This document shows positions 13,505 through 24,803 of a stretch of 64,000 nucleotides of DNA, piece after piece. Origin of the DNA: Rhynchobatus australiae (lineage: Eukaryota); assembly GCA_034780895.1 (NCBI GenBank), contig JAUZTB010000079.1:17420350-17484349 (forward strand), read 5' to 3'. The notes below the pieces were generated by a model. The model was not told the DNA's origin. It worked only from the letters and a program-made list of their open reading frames with translations, and did no database searches. Positions within the stretch are counted from its first letter, which is position 1; every line of letters starts with the position of its first letter. Made by a program: the position numbers and the translations under genes.

Positions 13505-13712
13505 AAATCAAAAAAACCTGCAGATGCTGGAAATCTGAAATTAAACCAGCAAATACGAGAAAAACTCCAAAGGTCAGACAGCATCCGTGGAAGGAGAAAC
13601 AGTTAACGTTTCAGATCCAGTAGTTATGATGGATTGCAGATCTGAAACATTAACTATTTCTCTTTCCACAAATGCTGTGACATGCTATTTTTCCATCAAT
13701 TCCTATTTTTAT
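13505..13712. mobile_element. Short palindromic Penelope-derived element
   Basis: Arms 13581-13617 and 13639-13675 are imperfect reverse complements; the cagatgctggaaatctgaaa terminus belongs to the same family as 32030-32645 and 43118-43890. Confidence 0.7.
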
Positions 13713-16700
13713 TGATGAATAAAAAACATTGTCCTCTCAGTTAGCTCAAAGTTAGGTTATGTACGTCCTCCACACTATTTCATATAAGCCATGAAACAAT
13801 GATGACTCCTGCGAGCTCATAACCGCTGCTGGAAGGGTGTGACATTAGGAACCATACACTGATCCCCAATCCAGACTCATGCAAGTCAAAGACCATCCAG
13901 GATCTAGTCCAACATTCAATGTCTGTGAAACCACATGCTGAGAAGAAAAAGGGAAAGGGATAGTTCCAGTGGTGTCTAGTACAAAAATTGAACAGCAACA
14001 AGTGTGTTCATCAGCCTCAGGAGGGAGGGAGGTGTGCAAGTTGGTGACCTTCATCAAAAAGCAAAAGAAGAGTTAGAAAAACTGAAATAAAAACGGAGCG
14101 CCAGAAATACTTGGGTCAGACAACATCTATGGAGAAAGATGGAGAACAGTGTCAACAGTTTTTCAGACTTCTGATGAAAGATCATCACCGTGCCTAAAAT
14201 ACTGAGAAGCTTCAATCTGATTGAGTATAAAATAGTGATTGGGTTAAAAAAAACAATTAATGTAAATTAACTGTCCCAATGTACAGCTCTGAAAAAGTCT
14301 GTTCAGCTTAACATTGCTGCATTTTTGAAAAGGTGCATTAACCAAAATGTGCTTTCCCTCTGAATGCTATTACAGAAAATATTCCCATCTCACACTCCGA
14401 GCCATCCACCAGGTTTGCTTAGGGAACTGTATGTGCATCCTTTATTACCAGGGGCAAATCAGACCTGGTCTACTTCATTCCAGCAGTTTCCTCTGATCTT
14501 AACACTGCAGTAGGAACCAAATCAGCCTTATAACATAAACACATTTGTCTAGTTTATGAACTTGCACACCAAATCCTTAAATTTATGAATACTGAATACT
14601 TGCCCTCTGTTGAATCAAGATTTAAATGATATATACAAGCTCAACACTGTGTAAATCTATCTCACTCTCCTAGGACATGAAAATTCTGCCTCCTCCTATG
14701 CTCACGTGCAAGCTTGGAGAACGGGACTGGGCAGAGAACAATGCCCCCTTACATCCACATGCACTCTTTCCTGCAGGGATAACCAAACATTGATCAACAA
14801 TGGGAATACCATTTCATGCTTCCCACCCCCACCAGCCTGGGGTACCGGGGCCATGATTGTTTCACTATGGTGGCTTGCTCCGACCCTTCTCATATTATTG
14901 ATGCATTTTCCTAGTTTCAGATCCTTCAGCTGCAGTCTGCACAATATAGTCAGCAACATGAAAGATTCTCAATGACTCCGTCCAAAAACTTAATGCACTA
15001 TATCATTCATGCACAAAGGGCACGTCTGGAGATAAAACTACTCACCTCAAGGCGCAACAAGTATAGCTTTCCAAATTAACCTTCAGGTAATGTGGAGGTC
15101 AGGCATTGTCAGGGGAAATGAGACCAACTGAAAGAGTTGACAATACACTGTAACACTGCCCACTTCCTCATTAATGAAAACGAGGTTCTGTCAAATGCTG
15201 GAGGAGTAACCACGAGAGAGCAAAACAAACTACGCATGGGATTTTGGGAAATGGCAAAAATGATGTTATCTGGGCACAGGATAAGAATAGCTTCAGAGGG
15301 TGTGCACAAATCAAAAAGGTACAGGTAATTCATGTGATGACTTACCCATGGCACAAGATGGACAAAAACTGGGATGCATCAAGGTCCCAAACTGGCCTCT
15401 ATGAAGTGATTACAATGGCAACTAAAGGGGGCATATTTGTGGCAAGTTGGGATCAGTGTTTTTGCAGTATCCTACCAGCTGTGCTGCAATTTTACAGTAG
15501 ATGCACCTGATACGTAGCTGGCAACAAAAACTTTCATCAACCAGTATACCTGAAAGGTAAACAATTACCCTCAATGACTTCTTTTCTAGGTACCATCAGA
15601 AAGCAGGTTAACTGTAGCTTTCTCAAAACAACCTCACAGGAAAAATAACAGGCAGGAAAGAACTAGTAATCCACCTAACCTGTACCATATCATTGCAACA
15701 CCCAGTGTGTTACAATACTCACGTTCTTTACCTACAAGACAGCATGTGATAATGGCCTGGGTTGGGTTGTGGGGAGGATGGGGGAAAGCAAGGGAATAAA
15801 TCAATAAAAGCCTTTGGTAATTAGTTGTGTGAAGAATTGAAGAGAAAAAGTCACTCTTCTTTGTAAGGAGTTTAAAAACTAAACCAGAGAAGAGTTTATC
15901 CTCATTTACATCAAAAGTACTTACCTTTTAGGCAATATAGAACCTGCCCCAGACAGAGTTGGGTCAGGCTTTTGCTTGATGCAATTTAGTGAACCAGTGC
16001 TTGCTGAAGAGACAGCAGGCTGTTCCATGGACTTACTGTTCCCCAAGATCAAAACCACCTCCTGACATTAGATCTATTCACGTAACTTGAGGCTGTGGCC
16101 CCACCTCCACCCCAACTTAAATCAAAACTAATTGTCTAATCTTTCCAATCACCTTGCAAAACCCAATGAACCGATGTCAAGTCTGAACTTCTCTTGAATC
16201 CCATGCTCAGAGCATGGCTTGGTACCAGATTCTTCTTAAATTGGGTTTCTATGGAATTCAGCTTTTGTAATATGTCCTCCTCTCCTTTGAGGCTGACTCT
16301 TCATGGGGTTCAGTTCCAATATTGCATCCAAGTGACCACTCCTCAGAAATCAGCTCAAACAGCAGAGAACATATCTGGGGAATCAATATTGATCTTACCA
16401 ACATTCAAACATGCCCAATTTCCATTGGTGGCGATTCAATGCAAAGTGATTAGATTCATTCAGTACTCTGGAGCAGCAGTGTTGAATATACCATTCTACC
16501 CACTGTCAGAGCTGAGAACAGCAAGGAGAATTAGAGAGAAAAAGTAAAATTACTTGTTTAAACAGTCCTTCCTTGTCACTTTTAATGCTGAACCAGACAA
16601 AAATGCATCTACCATACATAACAAATGAAGAAAATGCTACTGTTTACTTCATATGGCACTAAGACACACATACAGCACTTTACAAATTAATTAGAAATCA

Positions 16701-19700
16701 TACTTGCAGTAATAAACACCAGCTCCAACCAGGAGACCTAAAGGGGCGAATGCTCATTATGGGATTAGTTAAATATTAATACAATACTGTATTCCAATCA
16801 CGCTCCTATTTAAATGTCAAACATAATACGCCATGATGAAAGTCAATCAAAAATTGATTGCGTCAATAACGCTGCAAACCATTTAACCCATTTACACTCC
16901 ACAATCCGTTAAGCCGGGCTCAGCTCACATCAAATGCAGATGAGTCTGCCATGGCAGCACTTTACAGCATCATGCACACGGTCCTAAGTTGTTGTTAGGG
17001 AGATGACAAAGTGACTGCAGCAAAACCATAAAACTAGAAATGATACATGAACATCACAAACAATAAAATCACATCTATGCAATAACTGGCACACATTCGA
17101 CATGCAATGTAGCTTATTTGGCCAGGGGTGAGCCCTTACCAGTTACAATGTGAAATTATTCTATATGACTACAACTGCTAGAAGGTTTTTTTAAAAAAAT
17201 AGCTTTTACTGCATCTCTTCTAGCATGACAAAGCAAAAACAAGCGAATGAATTTCAAAAATAATTTGAAGCAATCCAAGGCAGTAGTTCCCAACCACCTT
17301 CAAGTTCAGCTAGGGATGGGCAATACATGTTGGTCTTGCCAGAGATATCTAGGTCCCACACAAGTGAACATAAAGACTGATCTATTTTTGCAGGACATAC
17401 TGTTGCAGATCACGGACTACTTAGGATTTCACTTAGTACAGGCTATTCCACCACTTTTTGATCTCTTAATTTATTTCCAGTCAGGACAAAATAAATATCA
17501 GAACACCAATTTACATGGTGTTGTCCCTGGTGGATCAGTGAATGTATTTACAAATGCCCCTCAAAGAAACACTGCAGTACTCTTGGTGCAGTAGAATTCC
17601 GATAGTCTGCCCTTTGACGGCTCACCTGGCGCAGTTTCCCATACTTCCTTTAAAGATGCCAGGGTCATTTCCTGGGCTCCATTTAAACTCATGGGGTTCA
17701 TTGGAAAATTTGTTATACTACTAATTTCTTAAAAGAAATGCATTAACAGTATTTTGGGTAATTAATAGAAGCCACATCCAAAAGTCTGAAAAATCTGCCA
17801 GTACAGTACAACCAAAGTCTCAAGGGTGTCAAATTATTGGAGTTTTGTTGATTTTTTTAAAAAACATTTTCACTTGCACATTTCTATTGGCAATGGATTC
17901 AAATATCAAAACCCACGAATCAGATTTTGCTGGAAAGCTGAGTCAAATTATGTAGCCAATGTGTTCCCACTAAAGTAGTAAATCCTCCCACTCTGGACAT
18001 CCCTGCTGACAAAATTGCCTCTGACCAAGCATCTTGTTATTGCAATTCTGCATTGGTCCACTGTAGTAGAAACAACTCACTTGTGCCCAACTATCAAATG
18101 GGAAAGACATTATTAATGACACTATGTTTACAAAGCCTCACTAACTGAATGAAAAGGAAAGGAAACAAAAAGGGGGGGGGGGGGGAAAAAAGAGGAAGAA
18201 AAAGAGACAACAGTCCCACTGAATATGGATTCAGATGCAGTAACTTGAACAGTGAGGTTTGCAAATGGACTTGCAATGTTTGGATCAACAGTGCTAAACC
18301 ATGCTTGCCATAGCTTTGCTGACCTCATGAACTCTTTGAATGAGATTGCTAATTAATGGTACCATCCCAGTTCACAAAACAATCTTACAGCCAGTAAGAC
18401 TGTGAATCTCAGATCATACTCTACAGAGTTACAAATGGTGGTAGAAGTAATTTTCATTTCTGTAGGCTATGAATTCCATCATGCTCAATATTAAGTATCA
18501 GAAAACACGCAAATATTTTTCTCATTTAATCTTAGTTTGTAAGAGATGCCACAGGTGAAAAACTCACATGGCAGGCTGCAAACTCCAGTAATTTCTCCAA
18601 ATATTAGGGCTGGTATCCAATACAGGTCTAAATTTGAGAGTCATTTACAAGGAAGACTGAAAACAATATATAGTGAGGGGATAAGTGGAAGGGGACTGGA
18701 TGTTCCTTACCAGAAAGGTATCTAGGCTAACAAATAAACTAACAGTATACTTCAATAATAAGTAAACACCTCTATTCAAGTCCCAAATAGAATGAATGAA
18801 GAAACCATATTTTTGGTCCCAGGCACATCATTACTCCAGATACCCTGAACTTCCAACCATGTGCCAGAGAGACAGGGAGAGAAAACATTTAAACCAGAAA
18901 ATTTTGNNNNNNNNNNNNNNNNNNNNNNNNNNNNNNNNNNNNNNNNNNNNNNNNNNNNNNNNNNNNNNNNNNNNNNNNNNNNNNNNNNNNNNNNNNNNNN
19001 NNNNNNNNNNNNNNNNNNNNNNNNNNNNNNNNNNNNNNNNNNNNNNNNNNNNNNNNNNNNNNNNNNNNNNNNNNNNNNNNNNNNNNNNNNNNNNNNNNNN
19101 NNNNGTAATGCAGATTAAGGTATTAAATTGCTCTAAGCCAGTTTTTAAAATTTGCTGTAGAATATTGATAGAAGACGATAAGGGGAAGTGGGTTACATTT
19201 TGACAGAATGTTCATGGTCACTTTATTCAACATTATTTTGTCATACTGGGTTATGAAATATTACTTTATCACTCAGTAATTATTTTCTGCTTACATTCTC
19301 CCTTCCCAAAGGAACTAAGATTATTGGAAATGCAGATAAAGAGGAAAGCAATGACATACAAAATTACCACTCACCTCCAAAAGATTTGGGTCAATAGCTA
19401 GCAAATACCATTACATGTGGATCAGAATAAAAGCAATAGCATGGAATTAGGGAACTCAAACTGGTGAATGTGATAAATCAAACTGTGATGCTAAAGTACA
19501 GACGAAATAAGAAATTCAGGGGATATGCAAATGACTGGAGTTGGAACACTGAAAAATCTAATCAGCTTGAATCCTCTCTCCAGTTGATAATTTTTCCTCC
19601 TCCTCCTCAAATTCCATTGGTTCACTATCCTTGCCTATTCTTCCATCTCAGGACAAGGATCAACTGAAGTTATGACTAACATGGGTTAACTTGGTTAGGA

Positions 19701-21164
19701 AAAGAACAATGGAATGTGGGGGCCACTTCATTCACAAGGCTTGATCATGCAGTGACTATCACTCAAGCATCAGACGAGCTCGTAGAAGTCTCTATGCCCT
19801 TAATACGAGAGCTGCATGCAGAGAATTATTTTTCAAATGGATGTTAGGTTCTAATGCTTCCAGTTCTACAGTTACAATGTCCTGATTGCAAGGTTGGATT
19901 ACAGCCAGTGGAAAAATAAAAAGTAATTTGTTTGGAATTAAATTCAGTAAACTTTCCACTTAATAACTCATGCCTGAAATGGATTTAGTTTAGAATGTTT
20001 TATTTTGATTACTTTGCATTCACTTTGCTAAGTACTATCGATTTCAAGCTAAAAATTGCAGGATCATGCAACTTCCTATGACTTTGGTTGTTCATCAGCA
20101 TTTACTGCTTTCTCCGTTTAATAGCAACCTATCTTAAATTAACAGCTAGTTTTGGGGTAAGTCATGAAGGAGTAGAAAATGTCACCATATTCCTTGCAGA
20201 GAACCCTTGCAAATAACTAGCCTTTAATTTCAAATGTTATCACTTAAATCCCACTGGGAGACAAAGCAAAATAGGCAGGCATATAGCTGAAACAAAAAGT
20301 ATTACTGCTCCCCTTGGTTTGATAGGTGACAAAGTAAACTGCAAAGCTTTGTCACCAGACAGGACAAGAGCAGCCTACACATTTGCAGTCCAGGATGTGA
20401 CCCAACATGACCATGGTTCACACTGTCTCCAACAAACAGTGCATTGTCCCCGGCAGTTAAAAATCAGACTCTCAAAAAAATGTGTGAATAATCAGAGCTG
20501 GTGCAAAACCCACCAAGTGCCATTAAAAATAAAATGCAGATGCTGAAAACTGACCTGATTATATCATCAGGTATAGAGATAGGTTAATGTTTCCAGATTC
20601 AGGGCAGCAACAGGACAAGAGTNNNNNNNNNNNNNNNNNNNNNNNNNNNNNNNNNNNNNNNNNNNNNNNNNNNNNNNNNNNNNNNNNNNNNNNNNNNNNN
20701 NNNNNNNNNNNNNNNNNNNNNNCCAGATTCAGGGCAGCAACAGGACAAGAGTTCACCAATGAAGTGTTAGCTCATTTTGTTTCATACTTCCATCATTTTC
20801 TGCTGGGAATCAGTATCCTGAGATCAATCTCTGGTATCATCTAAATGCATTTATACAGTGGTAATAAAAGGGGTATTAGTTGATATGCAGTCTGATTTTT
20901 AACCTGTCAAGATACTCTAAAATGTTAGTATTGGCAGCTTTCTGTACACAATCTAAAACCCAGCAAGCAGCTATGGTCTTTTATTTTTGTAAAAATGCTG
21001 CAATCTGCAGGTTATGGAGGCAAGAGACATCCCCCTCCTCCCCCCTTTGATCAGTCTCAGCAAAGCTCACATGGATCGAGATCTGCAAGCTGCATTATAG
21101 CTGCAATGGCCTGAAACAAGATTCAACCAAAGCCAACCATGCAGCAGTAAGGTGCAGGTGATAC

Positions 21165-21344
21165 CGTAGAGGGAGTCGATATCATCCTGCCCCGAGATCA
21201 GCCAGTTCTTGAAGAGTCGGATGTGGTAGGAGCACTGCTGGAGGTGCCGGGCCAAGGCACCATCAAGGGCCAGATTCTGGGCGAAACTGTTGTCTGCTGA
21301 AAATCGCCTCAGCAACTGTGCCACACAACGATTATCCAATACAT
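21165..21344 (-). CDS. PPIP5K1: PPIP5K1 alternative exon: (D)VLDNRCVAQLLRRFSADNSFAQNLALDGALARHLQQCSYHIRLFKNWLISGQDDIDSLY
   Basis: Within ORF 21067..22119. 180 nt, symmetric phase 1, open in the PPIP5K1 frame, acceptor ccctag| and donor |gtatca. GC/CpG-rich like the other exons. Resembles an insert I recall from predicted long vertebrate PPIP5K1 isoforms. Confidence 0.85.
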
Positions 21345-24300
21345 CTAGGGAATGGGCACCAGTGGGAAAAGAACAAAATTNNNNNNNNNNNNNNNNNNNN
21401 NNNNNNNNNNNNNNNNNNNNNNNNNNNNNNNNNNNNNNNNNNNNNNNNNNNNNNNNNNNNNNNNNNNNNNNNNNNNNNNNNNNNNNNNNNNNNNNNNNNN
21501 NNNNNNNNNNNNNNNNNNNNNNNNNNNNNNNNNNNNNNNNNNNNNNNNNNNNNNNNNNNNNNNNNNNNNNNNNNNNNNNNNNNNNNNNNNNNNNNNNNNN
21601 NNNNNNNNNNNNNNNNNNNNNNNNNNNNNNNNNNNNNNNNNNNNNNNNNNNNNNNNNNNNNNNNNNNNNNNNNNNNNNNNNNNNNNNNNNNNNNNNNNNN
21701 NNNNNNNNNNNNNNNNNNNNNNNNNNNNNNNNNNNNNNNNNNNNNNNNNNNNNNNNNNNNNNNNNNNNNNNNNNNNNNNNNNNNNNNNNNNNNNNNNNNN
21801 NNNNNNNNNNNNNNNNNNNNNNNNNNNNNNNNNNNNNNNNNNNNNNNNNNNNNNNNNNNNNNNNNNNNNNNNNNNNNNNNNNNNNNNNNNNNNNNNNNNN
21901 NNNNNNNNNNNNNNNNNNNNNNNNNNNNNNNNNNNNNNNNNNNNNNNNNNNNNNNNNNNNNNNNNNNNNNNNNNNNNNNNNNNNNNNNNNNNNNNNNNNN
22001 NNNNNNNNNNNNNNNNNNNNNNNNNNNNNNNNNNNNNNNNNNNNNNNNNNNNNNNNNNNNNNNNNNNNNNNNNNNNNNNNNNNNNNNNNNNNNNNNNNNN
22101 NNNNGTGGAACCTGAACAACCAATGTTCTCACTGGGAGAAGAGAAAATTCCCTACTAACCCAAAGTGGAACTTTAAACACTTCAGTGATGAAATGAAAAT
22201 ATGAACTATAGCTTTTCATTAGTAAAATATAGGGATCTCAGATGGTATTTAAATTGTTGGCACATGGATTAAACTAAAGTCAGATTGGTACTGGAGAACA
22301 GGAAGGTCCAGTGAACCCTTCATCACAGGTTAAGAGTGCTGACTTGGCACAAACCGCAGACTGTAAATGTATCTTAATTCTGCAGCTTCAAAAAATTTCA
22401 CCTTCCTAATGAATGGAGTGCATTTCCAATGTTATGTGGCAGTTAATCTTCCTCTTTCTGGTACAGACATTAAATTTGGGAAACTTCCCCCTTTTTGTGC
22501 ACCAATTCCACACACACATCCTATGGCAGCAAGACACCAGGCAAGGTAATCTGGATCAGTTAAATATTCACAGGAGGTGACCCTCCTGCTGAAAGATAGC
22601 TGACTGCAAATGGATAAGGGAAAGTGCTGTGGTGAGATACTCAATATTGATCTGAAATAAAGGCCTGGAGGAAAGCCTCTAATGTACAAGTAGGGAAAAT
22701 GCTTTATACAACTAATTAAAGTTCAATGAAAAGGGGCTTCCATGAAGGGGTGGGAACAACATGCTTTTGACTGTAGACAAATGGAAAGGACATAGGCATA
22801 AGGGTGGCATTAGTTTTTAGACCAGATGAAATCTCCAGCATTGGGAAGCTCACAATTTATTAAATCTACTTGTTTCCACTTGTAAGGGGCATCCACAATG
22901 CTCCCTTACCACTCAAGAACTGTAGGTAAATATCTGGGAAGCAAATAGTTGTATCCTCCCTGCACAACAACTCTCCCACCCCACTAAAATAGAAAACTCA
23001 CTCATGCCTCTCAAAGCTTCAAATACGTTCTGCACAATTAAAAGTAAATGTGTACAAGCATACACTGTTAATTTCTGAAAATAGGGCAGGGCTTCTCAAA
23101 ATAAGGGCAAAAGTCGGTCCTTTGCTAAACAGGCTATCCAGAAGTCAAGGTGCTACAGTGGACCTCTCTCTCAGCTCTGGGAGGGAGGGAATGCAATAAT
23201 CTCTTTCCGAAGGTCCTTTGTAAGGAAGTTTTGAGGGTACAAATTGGTATGGTCTGTGTAACTAAAGCCTATTCCCACCTTTTGAAGGAGAGGAAGAACT
23301 TGGATAGTTAATGGAGAAAAATCAGTGCTCCATTTAAAAAAGACACTGGTGCTCAAAAATGGAACAGAGCTTTCCAGTTACAAACACAATTGTTAGTGAG
23401 AGTGATAATATNNNNNNNNNCCAGTTGAAAAGCAAGCATTTGTTCTTTCTGATTTACTTTTCTTTGGTGCATGCACTTTTACAAAATGAAGAATTATACA
23501 GCCAGAAACAACCTCAGATTGTGGAGATATTTGGTGACTAATGAGAAGACAAACAATAATGGATTCAACCTCGACTTCAGCGTGAGGTTTACAAGTTCAT
23601 CACCATCAAGAAATACATGATGTTATAATAAATATTCTGGCCAGTATTTCTCATTTATGGAGGCTGGGCATCAGGCTGGAAACAATATTTACTGCCTGTT
23701 GCAAATGGATGCACGAGCAAATCACCAGAGTTACAGTTGAGTGCAGTATTGAATTTCATTTCTTCTCTTGGCAAAGTGTTAATTTGATGCAAAATTGATT
23801 TGTATATATTTGCATTTTTCTAGTCACCTTCTTTCTGGATGTCCTCCCCCACATTGCAGTGCAGTTCCCCCCACCCCTCCCAACTCCAGCACCCTAGGAG
23901 AATCACAAAACTTGTGGCACAGAAGGAGAATATTCAGCCTCCTGCAGCCATGAACATAGTGACTGGTTGACCCTGGCCCCAAACATCTACAGACATGTCC
24001 TTTCTGCACTGCATCATTGGCACTGTGAGGCATTTTGGAGACTGGATTGACTGTTGTCCTCTCCCACTGCCTCAGTTCCCTCCCCACCCCGCACACCTTT
24101 GGCTGATTGCACATTGGCTGAGATTATTTCATTCAGCACCATCTGGTCTGTGGGGTTTGGCAGCACATAGGATGCCCTTCGGATTGTGGTGCAAAAGTTC
24201 CAAGACATGAGCACAGCAGGCTAGCCGAATAACGTCCTCCTAGCAAGGAGATCAGCCTCTCTGGTGACCTTGACCACCAAATGACCCACTCGGTAGAAAA

Positions 24301-24740
24301 GCCGACCATGCATCCCAAAACCTGCAAAAGACAGTCAAGTTCTCCGATGGTTAACTGGACAGTGAAGTAAAAAAAAATCAAGAAGGTGTAAACAGTCGCC
24401 AGTGAATGCTTCACAACAGGTGAAATGGAATGATTGACAGGTGTGACTGCCGTTCTAAACTGATGGAGGTTTACCGGACAGAAAAGTCACCAACATAAAA
24501 GTTAAAAAAAAAAGTGTGGAACTCTTCTTGGAAAGAAGGATCACTGAATCATACCAAAAGATTTTAGTGTGGTAGTGCTGAAATAGTGAAAAAAAAGGGG
24601 AAAAGAGAAAGTGAGAAAGATTGTAGTGGACACTTAAAAGATTTTATTTGAAAAAAGCACGAGTGCATTTAAGAACCATGCAAAAACAAAAAGTCAAAAA
24701 GTTAAGACTGTAAAGGATAATTGAAAAGAAGCAAACATAC

Positions 24741-24803
24741 CATTAGTCGGATGCTTTGCAAACGAGACAGAAAATCTTTTAACGGCTGGCATAGATAACA
24801 TTT
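24741..24803 (-). CDS. PPIP5K1: PPIP5K1 cassette-type exon: (E)MLSMPAVKRFSVSFAKHPTN
   Basis: Within ORF 24694..25017. 63 nt, symmetric phase 1, acceptor cctcag| and donor |gtatgt. Matches mammalian PAVKRFSVSFAKHPTNG. Confidence 0.94.

Noticed and set aside
14170-14195. CTGATGA as an intact hammerhead or C/D snoRNA box
   Set aside because: It is part of a truncated PLE terminus; the GAAA half is missing, and there is no C/D box pair with a terminal stem.
19375-19397. 23-nt microexon candidate with donor GAG|gtgagt
   Set aside because: Poor acceptor context and frameshifting; no supporting motifs.
20593-20752. Direct repeats around gaps resembling CRISPR repeat-spacer units
   Set aside because: Only two copies each, separated by N, in vertebrate DNA with no cas genes; assembly overlap is the simpler explanation.
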